Notes: generated by a model from the letters alone, not told the origin. Shown: positions 37,501-49,705, counted from the whole stretch's first letter. The stretch: DNA of 60,006 nt, filler included, from Globobulimina sp. (GCA_003354225.1; 14 parts of 14 records of this genome joined end to end with filler, not necessarily neighbours in it); one strand, 5' to 3'. Made by a program: numbers and translations.

Positions 37501-38549
37501 TTTTGGTATTTACTTTTTTATCAGCTTGTAATGACATAATTTTTTCACGCAAATTCTGGTTTTCTTTCGCGTATAATTCACATTTATTGTTTGCTACAAC
37601 ATACTTATTATTCAATCTGCTTTTCATCGTTCTTTCCGCTCCTAATTTCTTTTTTAATTCTATGCATTTACAGCTTATATTAACAGAAATATACGCATAA
37701 TATTATGAAATATATACCTTTTAATTTGCTTGTTTTACTACTATTATTCGTATTATCTTCGGATGTTTTGCTTGGGCGGAATAGACAATATTCACTTTCA
37801 TCATCTTTCAGATCCTCCTCGCTTGAAAAACGCACACTTGATTCGGAATTATCCTCCTTATCATCGCCAGACTCATCGCCGGACACATCGCCGGACACAT
37901 CGCTATCTATAACCATTAAATCTAATTTTACTGTAATTTGACCATATTTTTTAAATATTTGTGATTCGAACTCTGTTACTAATTTATTATAAAATTTAGC
38001 AATGACATACGGTGCGGCGACATGATAACCTTTGTATGCGTACCAATTAAATATCTTTTCATTGGATCGAATTTTTATTCTCATTTCTTTCAATGTTTCA
38101 TTATATTCATCGCAAAAATCAATTATATGCTGTGATAATTTATTTTTTGTTGTTTTATTAAGTTTTTCCGCAATGTCTTCAAATCTTAATTCATTCATAA
38201 ATTTATATGCAAAATATAGACAATTAAATATTTGTAATTCCATCGGTTTGTTTCGATTTGTTGCTGTATAATATATTTTGTTATATTTATATTGATATTG
38301 ACATGAAACAATACCTTTGTCCTGCTGCGTGCCGCCATTTTTTACATTTTGAAATGTTAAATGTGCACAATCACTGTTAAAATAAACGCCTAAATGCTTT
38401 CCAGTCCCGACCCAATTTTGAGTATATTCGCTCGATACAGTTGATTTCCTCCTTTTTCCCGATGATTTTGCTGTTTTGGTTGGTTTTCTCGATGATTTGG
38501 CTTTTTTCTTTTTCTTCGTATGCCGTGGAGTTTTGGCTGATCTCGGCAT
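34562..38549 (-). CDS. Transib/RAG1-like DDE transposase-derived protein (~1229 aa, 3 exons); third catalytic Glu absent
   Basis: Exons 38549-37718, 37659-36620 and 36379-34562 (58- and 240-nt GT-AG introns, 3690 nt in frame). Ordered motifs MIKMRVDSG, SSNQTPLTVF, ILMCLADQKGL (created by the splice), TPLCHYILR, INGARIIF, RWYYNKIIH and LPLALNQMKQFNHNK. Basic NLS-like termini. Confidence 0.65.
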
Positions 38550-38653
38550 ATTANNNNNNNNNNNNNNNNNNNNNNNNNNNNNNNNNNNNNNNNNNNNTTA
38601 ATTAATTAANNNNNNNNNNNNNNNNNNNNNNNNNNNNNNNNNNNNNNNNNNNN

Positions 38654-39232
38654 CCAGTTCGATATATGGATAAAATACAAAAGGAATCACAAAGAAGGCA
38701 AGTAAGACACGATGCAGCCAATGAAAAATTATTATTAAAAGAAAGAAAAGAAACTGATCATTTATTTGAAAATAAACAGAAATACATCACAAGAAATTAT
38801 AGGGATAAATTGAAAGAAATCGAGCAACAAAGAGGCAAAGATCAAATACAATCTAACAATGAAAAAACCATTGACGATGACCCGCAAATGTTTGGATTTT
38901 TTAACAGTTATTTGCAGAATAAAACTAATACGAATAAAAGGGGGAAAATGTCCTCAGTATCAAGGTCTAGATCTCGGTCAAGAGATAGGAATTCAAATAC
39001 AAATACAAATACAAATAATAATATTGAGGATAAAAATAAATTGAATGAGGAACAAAGATATCACATTCAACGACATCAAAAGGAATTAAGTAAAACAACA
39101 TTTAGTGAGGATAAAAAACAAAAAGAATTGCAACAGATTGCACTCAAACAATGTGCAAAACGAACAACTAATTCTGACTTGAAATCATTGAAAGAGCGCT
39201 ATTTAAAAAGGAAATCACTTAAAAAAACTTAA
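38654..39232 (+). CDS. NSRP1/CCDC55-like (DUF2040) splicing regulator; 5' truncated
   Basis: YMDKIQKESQRRQ...EKLLLKERKE...FENKQKYITRNYRDKL, an RS tract SRSRSRSRDR, and C-terminal KERYLKRK. Confidence 0.7.
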   Translation, partial: PVRYMDKIQKESQRRQVRHDAANEKLLLKERKETDHLFENKQKYITRNYRDKLKEIEQQRGKDQIQSNNEKTIDDDPQMFGFFNSYLQNKTNTNKRGKMSSVSRSRSRSRDRNSNTNTNTNNNIEDKNKLNEEQRYHIQRHQKELSKTTFSEDKKQKELQQIALKQCAKRTTNSDLKSLKERYLKRKSLKKT

Positions 39233-39560
39233 CGTTTAGAGTCTCGTTTAAGTCCTTGCGCTACGTTTTAATGATAGACAAAATTCAAAAAAAAAACAGA
39301 TATTAACTGCCAATGCTGATGACATGATCATTTAAAACTAAATTGATATTGATTGCAATAATAATTGTAATGAAAATGAAAATGAAAATGACAAAAAAAA
39401 CAGAATACATGGAATATTGAATAGAGGAATGGAGCACGACAAACATTCACAATACAAAGTATGCTTTTATTGAACAAAAAAACCACACATTAATAAAATA
39501 GTAACTACAGTATGAGATATATATAAACATGAATTTAAAAAATAATCTTAAAATTACAAT

Positions 39561-41595
39561 TTATATCCTATTCAAAATCGGTACAAATTTATCATTATCC
39601 ACATACTGACCATCCTCATATTTTTCTTTATGTTTTGGCCGTCGCTTATTTTTTTTATAAATGTTCCACGGTCTTTGTTGTCTCATCGATATATAATGCC
39701 ATTGCTGTCCTTGACCAGATGAAGATGATTCGTTTGTAACTCTGTCGACCAAAAAGGTCCCATCAGAATACACAGTCCGTCGCTTACCATGTCCCCGCGA
39801 CACGACTCGCGATTTATTATCGGGAAACCTATACAAAAATATGCGAGGATCCATAAAAAGCCGCGTCGACGCAAAAACCACTGCAATCGATTCCAATTTC
39901 TTACTCAAAGTCTCTTTGTACGCCTCCTGCGAATATTTAATCGCTTCGATCGATTTATTCCTTATCCCTTTCAATAACTTCTTTTGATGCTTGTGCAACA
40001 TTAACAAAATCTGCTGCTCCGTCGGCGGTGTCCGTATCAATCCGCAAGGCATCGTATACTCCAATTTGGTGAATGGCACAGCAATGATCGGCTGGAAATT
40101 CGCCGTCGACAACACGCATAATGTCTGCGTGCAGCATAGATATAAATACTGCGAATCAATGCTAAATTCGACGTAATGTATCGCTGTATCTGCGATGGGG
40201 TCCACATGGCTGAAATCTAAATACCTCAACCAACCCGTACTGATATTACAGATGAAGAGGGCATGATGTCCGAAGGGTATAATTATATAAATATCGCTGC
40301 AATGCTGTCCATTATACAAATAGGTAGAATGTGTGCCCTCCACTTGGTCCACGATACTCATAATGTTCTCGACCACCGCATGCGGCACAATGCGCGACGC
40401 ATTCCATCGATATTCGCGTAGATGAATAAACTGTTCGCGGTCGTCTCTGCTCTCCGGATGCCCGATGATTTCGCGTCGATTTAATTGTACCAACGTCTTA
40501 CTGTCAAACGTAATAAAGTCACCGTCGCGATGCACCACTAAAATGTCGTCCACATCGGACAATAATAAGCGATACGATGCCTTATAATATATGCCCCGCA
40601 ATTGCTGCATGGTCGAAATGCAGATTTGCTCAAAATTAAAGTTTAACGAGGTCTGCGTTAATAATCCTTTGGCGATGTCATATTCGCATATTATCATATC
40701 GACGCATTCTGTGGGCGACCACATCCACGACGGGATATTGCCAAATATGGTATCGTTGGCAGGGTTGGCGTTGTCTTGGCCGTTGTTTTGCGTTTCGACG
40801 TCGACGTCGACGTCGCCGCCATCGCAGCCTAAGCGCTCACGGCAATCCTTGGCGGTTTTCTGCATTTCGCGACAAACCAATACGTAGACTTTATGTATAT
40901 TGCCATTGGACACTGCTAAGTCGGTGATGCTTTTACTGAATTCAGCGACCGTGTGCAGTTTGGCGGTGTCTGGGTATATGCCGACGAGCTTATTTTTGTT
41001 GGTGGTCACTAATATGTCGCGGTGGAAGCAAAAATCAGACACCATTTCAGCAATGGATAATGGCAAAGGGCTTAGTTTATGAATGGTCAATGTAAAATGT
41101 CTGCGTTCGTTCCAGAGATGGTGCGTTTTCCATGCATTTATATCTGTGGACAGTATGCGAATAAGCGTGGAGAGTATATAGTTTTTAGTATAGTGATATA
41201 TGAATATGAATATGTGTAGGTGTACCAGGTGGGTTTAATGGCTGTGCTAAGCAAGCTCGCGTATATCGAGGACATGATTGGAATAATTTAAATATGAGTA
41301 AAGGTAATAGGAAGCCGGCTAACCATACAATTGGCGTCAATACACCCGGCAAATTTAAATATAACACAAACCATGCCCATAAAAACCAAAATAAGACTAA
41401 TCCACTGCCAACTAACACAGCCATCAGCACAAAGGAGAGGATAGCACACGAACATCGTTTAATTTCGTCACATGTGCTCCAACGTAAAAATGACATTTCG
41501 GATGATTTCTGCGAACCGGTTGCCTCTTCACGTTCGATTTGTCTTTCTACATAATTTGCTAACAATGGATGTGTTTCATTTGGATCTGTTGCCAT
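39561..41595 (-). CDS. Hypothetical protein: two N-terminal TM helices, F-box-like motif, beta-propeller-like region (2 exons)
   Basis: Exons 41595-41226 and 41143-39561 (82-nt intron, in frame). LSPLPLSIAEMVSDF; repeated strand motifs such as ITDLAVS and YVEFSIDSQYLYL. Confidence 0.6.
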
Positions 41596-41666
41596 TGTTT
41601 ATTGTTAACAAGCAAGTTTAAGCTATAGATTATTTTCGCTCATTTTGCACATATCTATTACAAAAA

Positions 41667-42791
41667 ATGAATAAACAAGACGCAGGGATTGAAAACATAG
41701 TGAATCAATTGATAACATTAGGATTTCATGCAAATAAAATCAAAGCAGCAATGGATTCGATTGCAAAAGATGATAATAAATGTAATATAAATGAGATTAT
41801 AAAAGAAATAAATTATCAGAGAGAATTAAAATCACTTCGTACGCGCGCAATTGCAATGTATAATGCGTCAAACAGGAAAACACAAATAAAGCCACAAACA
41901 ATTGACACATCCATTTGTCCCTTATGTCATAGAATATCATTAACCATAAATCCAAATAAAGACTCTCAATTTGTTTGTACAGAATGCTGTAATCATAATA
42001 TCAATAATAGACGTATCAAAATAAAAAATATTAAACATAATATCAATGATAAAATACAATATATCCAACCAATGATTTGCCATAAAAAACATAATGATAT
42101 CACATTAAAACTAAAACAAACACAACAAACAATATCAAATTTACATAAATGCATAAACCAAACATTGCAGTACAATGCATCATGTATGTTATGTAATATA
42201 TTTATTAGTGATATATATATATTTGTTTGTGTGTGACAGTAAAACTAAAGATTGAGCAACTCAAAAAAGTGAAGAATGAGAGAGATAAACACAGCAAACA
42301 ATTAAAACAACAGTGTTATGCTCAATGGTTATCAGTGTTAAATATAATAAATAAAGAAAATTTTGAGAGTGCGAATGAGTTTAATAATTTAAATAAAATG
42401 TGTGGATCAAAGCGTATTAAACATAGTTTAAAGTTGTTTGAGTATTTCACAATGAACAGCAACAAACACGAACAGAGATCAATGATACAAAATATTATTG
42501 TTCCCTCAAGATTTACTATGCGAGATATCAATAATTTTTATGCAAATAATAGTAATCATGCATTCATATATCCATTGCCTAAAAATATAGCAAATATGGC
42601 GAATATACATATTGAGCATGGCATTTGTGCGGCATTGTATGATATTATATCATTTTTAGTGCATGCATTTAGATATTTATTTGGGTATTGATAATTTGCA
42701 CCCGATTGGTTTATCAAACAAAGGAGCAGTTAATTATTCAAGATTGTATGGATCCGGATACGAATTCAAAATGTTATGTATTGTAAAATAA
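41667..42791 (+). CDS. Hypothetical protein with UBA-like N-terminus, CxxC...CxxC zinc finger and coiled coil (spliced)
   Basis: IVNQLITLGFHANKIKAAM is UBA-like; CPLC...CTEC. Intron 42184-42239 is in frame; a second intron ending at 42672 is uncertain. Confidence 0.5.
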
Positions 42792-42945
42792 TGTGAATGA
42801 GAATGAAGAAAAGAGAGAGAGTTCTTTTTTATTTTGTTTTGTTTTNNNNNNNNNNNNNNNNNNNNNNNNNNNNNNNNNNNNNNNNNNNNTTAATTAATTA
42901 ANNNNNNNNNNNNNNNNNNNNNNNNNNNNNNNNNNNNNNNNNNNN

Positions 42946-43588
42946 AACAGAAACATGAACATGATGGACTATTTTCATTTGGTATAATTAGAGCGGATTG
43001 ATACATATTGGACCGTTGATGTTGTTTATTTATTTTCCGCTGAATAAAACAGACAGCGATGATGGTGCATAATATTTGCGCGACGTCAATGCATGAAAAG
43101 GCCATAAATGGTCCCGAATGACAGTCAATCTCATTCTCCTCGAAATGTATTAGAGACCATAAGAAAAAACAAACTTCGATGCTGCCCATAATAAATAAAA
43201 AAGTAATTTGAAATACCCGCTCACAGTCCATTGAGATGGATAATGTGTCACTATTGGTTCGGATACATATTTTAATGAAGAACACTGTAAATAAGGAACA
43301 TTGGACAGAGACTAAAAAGGATGAGGTTAATGACATTGAGGAACCATCCACAAATAAGCCATGTAATATGGATATTATTGACAATATTATTGACACATAG
43401 ATTATAAATGAACGCACTGCCGACTTTGCTTCATTTTGGTATTTAAACATTCGGTATAAACACCATATACTAAATATTAAGGTTATCACACCACATATTA
43501 TTATTACTAATTCTCCATAACACCATGGCTTATTTTTATCAATAAAACAATGTGCCGACACAACTGAATCTAGCTGAGCGCCTGCCAT
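42946..43588 (-). CDS. Multi-pass (7TM-like) membrane protein; 3' truncated
   Basis: Five hydrophobic helices before the spacer, with Cys in the N-terminus and in a loop (EIDCHS). Confidence 0.6.
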
Positions 43589-43675
43589 TAAACAAGAAGA
43601 ACTGAAGAAGATGTGTTTTATTAATGTTTTTTCAAAAACATTCCAAGTTATTTGAATTTAAAGTCATGATTTACA

Positions 43676-44928
43676 TCACATTAAGCCCCATTTTCTCAAC
43701 GCACACTGAACAATACAATGCTGGACATCGCGAAACACCATTTCTACATTGTCTCTAGCAATTGCACAAGTTACATGTGTATATACTGGTTTCCGTTCGG
43801 GAGAATTATTCAATTCATGAAATTTACGGCGAATGTAATCTACACAATTTACGGCGAATAGATTAGGACCAACAATATCATGATGATAATCATTAAACGT
43901 TGGGCATACATTGAGTGGTATTGATTTAATTTTATCTGCGAATAAATCTCTTTTATTTAAAAATAATACTAACATTACATCCGATAGACAACGATGATTA
44001 CATATATCTTCAAATAATGATAATTGCCGAGTCATTGCGTTCTCTCTCAATCTCTCCTCACCGCACTTATTGGGACAAAATCTCATCAATAATGTTATAA
44101 TATCATTTGGTAAATGTTTCTCCATAAAAACGTTTCTTAAAAATCCTAATGTCAACAATTCCAATTTCTGAGTGTCGAACAATTCTGAATCAAAACATGA
44201 CAAAGAGGCAACAAACAGAATGGCGCTCACATTCTCAAACAAATGAAGTATTTTTCGATTTTGCGACTCCTGACAACTGCTATCGATAATTTTAAAACAG
44301 TTTTGTGAAATTATGAACCTTTGCTCTGTAATTTCTATGTATTATTAATGCATATATTTGATATAAATATATAATTATAATTGCAACAAATGTGAGACAA
44401 ATAACTTGTGGTTTTTCTCCGAAGCCTAAGTATATCTCTATCGCATGGCACATAATCACACGCACTGAGTCTATCTATCTCATTCCAGAAATATTCAGAT
44501 GACTCGTATATACTTTCCATATTCTTAATGCTTTCATAGGTTTTTTGAATCCATGGTTCATTCCATAGACATTTCACCGCAGCCATCGAATCAGTTAAAA
44601 TATTGCTTCTAACATCATTGATATATTCCTGCACTTTGACTCCTTGCGTTGACAAAGCATCATCAAAAGTATTTTCTAATACCAGTTGCATTTGTGACAT
44701 ACATTGGCGATAAATAGGTTGTTTATATTGCATTCTATCATGCAGAGTAAATCCGGCGCCATGAATAAGTCGAAGTTGCTTGAATATGGTTGATTTGCCA
44801 GACCCTTCAGTGCCAATCAACACGCATTTGTTTTCTCTTTGCGACTGTATTCTTTCTCGTTCCAGGTCCTGCGTAATCTGCATGTATTGATAGCTCTCGT
44901 TAGCGCCATGATTGCAAATACAACCCAT
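43676..44928 (-). CDS. Atypical heterotrimeric G-protein alpha subunit (2 exons)
   Basis: Exons 44928-44406 and 44334-43676 (71-nt intron). MGCIC lipidation site, G1 GTEGSGKST, G2 LRRKT, G3 DSSCQ (degenerate), G4 FLNKRD, G5 HVTCA, and C-terminal LRKWGLM. Confidence 0.9.
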
Positions 44929-44990
44929 CGTTTTTTTTATACTTTTTTATTATATACTAAAAAACATCAATACTTTAGTTTAGTAAAGTA

Positions 44991-46541
44991 ATGACAACTT
45001 CAGCTCCTCTCATACAACAAACAAATCTCTCCATTCCGAGATCACATCACGGATCTGTTTCTGTGAATGATTATGATATTCAACCAACGCCCAAAACGTT
45101 AAATCACATAAAACGAATGTCGAGACTTGGCGGCTTTGCCGGTGCGAGCTTTTGTTACAAAGCTATATTAGGATTGTATATGATTGGTTCATTTGTCTGC
45201 TCAGTTGTTGTATTTCGCGAAACAGTGTGTATTTGGTTGAGTATCTACGTAACCATCTGTCAAATTGATGCATTAATGTGTTACATATTTGGCATTGTAA
45301 ACATTGACGAAAGTTTCATTTTCCAGTTGAGCAAACATATAACTTATTTAGATCAATTCCATTCGTTTCAAATTAATGATACTGACTCATCGACGCAATT
45401 AGCGCCACTATCAAAGCTCAAACGACTGCTCAAAATGGACTCAAAATATATATTCTCTCACTTCATTAGTGGACAAACTCTATTAAATCGAGAAATGTTT
45501 ATCATTTCTTTAATGTTTCTATTAGCATACTCATCCGCATTGGTCATCGTTTTTGATATGCCATGGAACAAACAATTCTTTGACAGCAACGACGACACCG
45601 TTTATTATATGATTATTGTAGTAACCGGCATATTAGACGTTGTCCGTTACACTCCCTCTATAATTCTCATACTTTTGATTCGTTTATATTTCAAAACATT
45701 TAGCTCCAAATTGACAGCGTTTCGACAAAGACATGACATCATTACACGGTTTGAGAAATTGGACGATATCCCAATCCACCAATCAATGGTTCGAAACAAC
45801 ATCAATTTGAGCAATGTAGCCAGTGGCCGCTATATTGTCATTCAAAATGATCCCAATACGGCTGCGGCTGTTATTGATGAAAAAACAGAAGAAGTTGGGG
45901 ATCACGCGGAGGATCTTCGAAACTGTCTATTTAATAAATACAGCAGTCTGACCAGTGTCAGTATGGGCTCCATTAATCAGAAAAATTCAGCTTCCATGGA
46001 CTTGGCAGTGAGTCCAGTGCTGGGCTCGGGATATCTGGTCACATTAAATATGAGTCATTATGAATTTAAAAATGAATTGGAAACAATCATCTTTCCGTAT
46101 CGCAATATGTGCCGCAGTTTTAGAGTATTTTTTATCTCGTATTTGGCAATAAATTGCTTATGTTTTATATTTGTGCTAATCACAACCATTCAAGGATTTG
46201 CAGCAAATGAATGTGATGCGGAAAATGTTTATTATTTGCATTATGTGACTGAAATGGCAGTGTATTTTCTTGGCTGGGTGTCGTTGATGGTGCCATTGGC
46301 AGAGAATCACCGACAACTAAGGAGCTTGAATCGCGATGTTAAAACAAAGATTGTATTCAAAACAGCTACAGAACAAATACTCATTCATCAATATCTGGAT
46401 TCTGTTGTCGAAGCCTCGCCATTTTGTGTAGGATACATCATGCCAACTTATTCTAAACTTGTATTCGTATTTTATATCCTATTTAGTGTGGTTGGCGGCC
46501 AATTATGGTCTTTCTTTCAATATAACAGCAATAAATTGTAA
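44991..46541 (+). CDS. Multi-pass membrane protein, possibly gustatory-receptor-like (7TM ion channel fold)
   Basis: About 7 hydrophobic segments with a long loop after TM4; C-terminal PFCVGYIMPTYSKLVFVFYILFSVVGGQL resembles the split TM7 of GR/GRL proteins. Confidence 0.55.
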   Translation: MTTSAPLIQQTNLSIPRSHHGSVSVNDYDIQPTPKTLNHIKRMSRLGGFAGASFCYKAILGLYMIGSFVCSVVVFRETVCIWLSIYVTICQIDALMCYIFGIVNIDESFIFQLSKHITYLDQFHSFQINDTDSSTQLAPLSKLKRLLKMDSKYIFSHFISGQTLLNREMFIISLMFLLAYSSALVIVFDMPWNKQFFDSNDDTVYYMIIVVTGILDVVRYTPSIILILLIRLYFKTFSSKLTAFRQRHDIITRFEKLDDIPIHQSMVRNNINLSNVASGRYIVIQNDPNTAAAVIDEKTEEVGDHAEDLRNCLFNKYSSLTSVSMGSINQKNSASMDLAVSPVLGSGYLVTLNMSHYEFKNELETIIFPYRNMCRSFRVFFISYLAINCLCFIFVLITTIQGFAANECDAENVYYLHYVTEMAVYFLGWVSLMVPLAENHRQLRSLNRDVKTKIVFKTATEQILIHQYLDSVVEASPFCVGYIMPTYSKLVFVFYILFSVVGGQLWSFFQYNSNKL

Positions 46542-46665
46542 ATTTGTAATAACTGCGAACACGAACATGTGACTTGAGTGATTTGACCGTGTGTTTTCAT
46601 TTTGTTATATATAAAAATGTTCGAAAACGTCTAATTACTATAACGCTGAAACATTAATTGTGTTC

Positions 46666-47136
46666 TTAAATTTGTTCAAGAGTTTGTTGGTCATTTTGTA
46701 TCTTTAATTGCTTTTCATTACTTTTATACGATAGAACTGGAGCGTTGTTGCAATATGACAATAATTGCGATTGCGATTTATTTGGAATGGTTTGAATAAT
46801 CTTATCGTGATAAGGCGTTTTAATGACAGCAGATGTAGTACTACTAATTGTATTATCCGATCCATTGACGGAATATCGTGCGTGTCGATTTATCATCGCT
46901 TGATATTTTTCCCTCTGCTTTTTTTTCCAATTGTTTTTACAATATATCAGGCCTAAGCATATAACGACAAATCCTAACAATAATACAATGACCGGATAAT
47001 ACCAGGGCCTATTTGCCGTATGTATCGGTACAGTACAATTATAAACATCGTAATAATAATCAAAGGAGCTCTGCAATGACGCTATAAAATCACCACAACA
47101 TATCGTATTATACCAATACCGATTATTGCTACAATT
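46666..47136 (-). CDS. C-terminal part of a single-pass membrane protein
   Basis: TM WYYPVIVLLLGFVVICLGLIYC followed by a basic stop-transfer and tail; 5' part lost at the spacer. Confidence 0.55.
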   Translation of the reverse strand, partial: NCSNNRYWYNTICCGDFIASLQSSFDYYYDVYNCTVPIHTANRPWYYPVIVLLLGFVVICLGLIYCKNNWKKKQREKYQAMINRHARYSVNGSDNTISSTTSAVIKTPYHDKIIQTIPNKSQSQLLSYCNNAPVLSYKSNEKQLKIQNDQQTLEQI

Positions 47137-47236
47137 NNNNNNNNNNNNNNNNNNNNNNNNNNNNNNNNNNNNNNNNNNNNTTAATTAATTAANNNNNNNN
47201 NNNNNNNNNNNNNNNNNNNNNNNNNNNNNNNNNNNN

Positions 47237-48380
47237 TAATAATATCATCAGGTTCTGCAGTGCTTGTCATTTGCTGTTCGGTAGTCTCAATCATTTGAGT
47301 AGTTGTAAAAAATTCAGTTGTGCTAATAAATAATGCCTCATCCAATTCAATGAAATTAACAAAACCAGTATATACTTCAGGGATTGCTAACACTTTAGCT
47401 GTTGGATTATATGTCATATCGGCGGGACTATCCATGCCTTCATACACTACCATAAATTTGCTATCTTCCATTGGATTATATTTAGATAACGTACCATTTT
47501 CATAATCGGTCGTAAAAAATGTCCCAATTCCAGCAATATAAACTAATCCATCTCCACCAGTTTCTGGTAATATATCATATTCAACTGACCATTGTTCGCT
47601 GTCAATAACAAATTGAGAGAAACCTTGTTTTTGTGAATGATGTAAATCAGTATCAACTGTATATAGTATGCCATCAACCACCACACATCCATTTGGACGA
47701 ATTGTATATGCATTGTTTGCGCCTAATACCATTGTCGATGTATTATATATTCGAGTCCAACTCCAATTATCTGTATCTACGGCATATACTGCTTCATAAC
47801 CTGTTGGGTTAAAATTGCCAAATGGATCCACAGCAAAACCGAAGTCTGTCGCATATAACATATTTGGCGATGTGGTATCATGACACAGTCCATCTAAGTT
47901 TGCAGGTAAACCAGCTACATTTGTGATAAATATACTTGACTCATATTTTGAAGTTGCAATATCAAAGCTTGCAAGTCGACCAATGTAAAAATCAACAATA
48001 TACAATTTATCATTAATAATTTCCATACCAGCTGGCCTCCAGTTTGATATATTCCAACCTGCGTTGGTATTGTTAAATGGTGCTTGTGCCACGCCAGAAT
48101 CTCTCCAAATGTTTACTGGATATTGACCAAACATGACATGCCATTCACTGTCATTATTTACATCATAGTTAGTATTTGTTATTGTATTTTGTGTGAATGG
48201 CAATATTGTTCCTTCGTACCATGATGCGACCAAGTATCGGTTATTTGTGGCATCATATTCTATCGACTCGATATCTGCTGATCCCTTTCCTAATGGTAAT
48301 TTATTTAATAATGTGTATGATAACACGGATTGGAACATATATATTGCATTGAATACAATGAATAACGATGAATAAATCAT
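47237..48380 (-). CDS. Secreted six-bladed beta-propeller (SMP-30/gluconolactonase/NHL-like) with Thr-rich stalk; 3' truncated
   Basis: Signal peptide; blades ESIEYD, PAGMEIINDKLYIVD, LDGLC...LYATD, PNG, GDGL and SPADMTY. Confidence 0.7.
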
Positions 48381-48640
48381 TGTACGTAGGTTGATACTGT
48401 ATGTTTAATTATGTTTGTTTGTGGGAAGACGATATATAAGACGAAGGGATTGCCGTTTGTTACTTTGTTGAAGAAGTTTAAAACTGTTTAAAAACGTTTA
48501 TTTGTACTTTGTAGCTGCCATTTTATCAACACCAATTACCAAAGTGCTTATTGATAAAATGGCAGCTACGGATAGTGACCACATTATCCTTTCGTTAATG
48601 AACAATAAATAATTCAACGTACAGTATGGATCTATTACAA

Positions 48641-49705
48641 TTATACAACGCCATATTTATTCCAAACGTTGATATTTTTTTCAATCTGCTTATCGGAATA
48701 ATCAAATATTTCCAACACGTTGATATTTATACAAATTATGACTGATGAACTGTTGAATAATTGCTCTGTTTGGTAAAGATCCTCAGGCCAAACATATTCG
48801 CTATCGGTATGGTTGACATCTACAATTTCCTGAAATCTTCTTGAATCCAAATTACTTTCTATCGATATCTCATATTCTATGTTAACTGTCCTTATTTCAT
48901 TTGGTAATCTCAATAAATCAAATCCTATCGAAACATTATTATTATTGCCGACTGCATCTTCTTTGTTTCTTGTTAATGTCGAATTTGGCATAATTTCTAG
49001 ACACCAGTTTCCACTCACTCCAAAAGATTCCGATTGCCACATTCTAAATGGATCAGATTTAAACAAACATAACAATTCTTCGTTTATCTGCCATTGGAAA
49101 CTCTCCTTTTTGTATAATTTAATTGTTTTTGGAGCAATAAAATACTTTTGAACCGCAAATAAATTGTCAAATTGAACGTGTATAATATCAAAATAGCAAG
49201 TTATTGTCACATTTTTATCATTGGTTTGTTTCAATAAATCATGTTTGAACGCCACGCTTCCCATTGTTGGTGATCTCCACCTGAATATATGACAGAATTT
49301 AAAGTCGTGTTTGCATTCATTACCAATCCAGAAACATAATTGACACGCTGCTGTTATAGATGCTACATTTGCAAATTCTGGGATTTCAACAAAAAGCTTT
49401 GAATAATTATCATTCCCTTCCACCTCTCCAATGGGATATATTGCAATGTTCCATTTAATCTCAGCTGCAGTGTTTCGATATTTTACTGGCATACTGCAGA
49501 ATTTTTGTTTTTTTGTTGCAGATATAAAGCGTTGTATGTCATCCTCTGTTAGATTCCAACGCATTAATTCATCAAAATATTGCAAACATAAATTGCTTAA
49601 TTCATTCGGGATTAGCTGTTCAGAATGGCAATGCATGCGGGTATAGCCGTACGCTATTAATTCTTTATGAAATACGCTCAAATCATCTTGTCGATGTGAA
49701 CACAT
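48641..49705 (-). CDS. F-box-like motif + tandem MATH/TRAF-like domains
   Basis: ELIAYGYTR...LIPNELSNLCLQYF, then two repeats of W-x-I/L...F...S..F...W.L.I.P. Confidence 0.6.
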   Translation of the reverse strand: MCSHRQDDLSVFHKELIAYGYTRMHCHSEQLIPNELSNLCLQYFDELMRWNLTEDDIQRFISATKKQKFCSMPVKYRNTAAEIKWNIAIYPIGEVEGNDNYSKLFVEIPEFANVASITAACQLCFWIGNECKHDFKFCHIFRWRSPTMGSVAFKHDLLKQTNDKNVTITCYFDIIHVQFDNLFAVQKYFIAPKTIKLYKKESFQWQINEELLCLFKSDPFRMWQSESFGVSGNWCLEIMPNSTLTRNKEDAVGNNNNVSIGFDLLRLPNEIRTVNIEYEISIESNLDSRRFQEIVDVNHTDSEYVWPEDLYQTEQLFNSSSVIICININVLEIFDYSDKQIEKNINVWNKYGVV

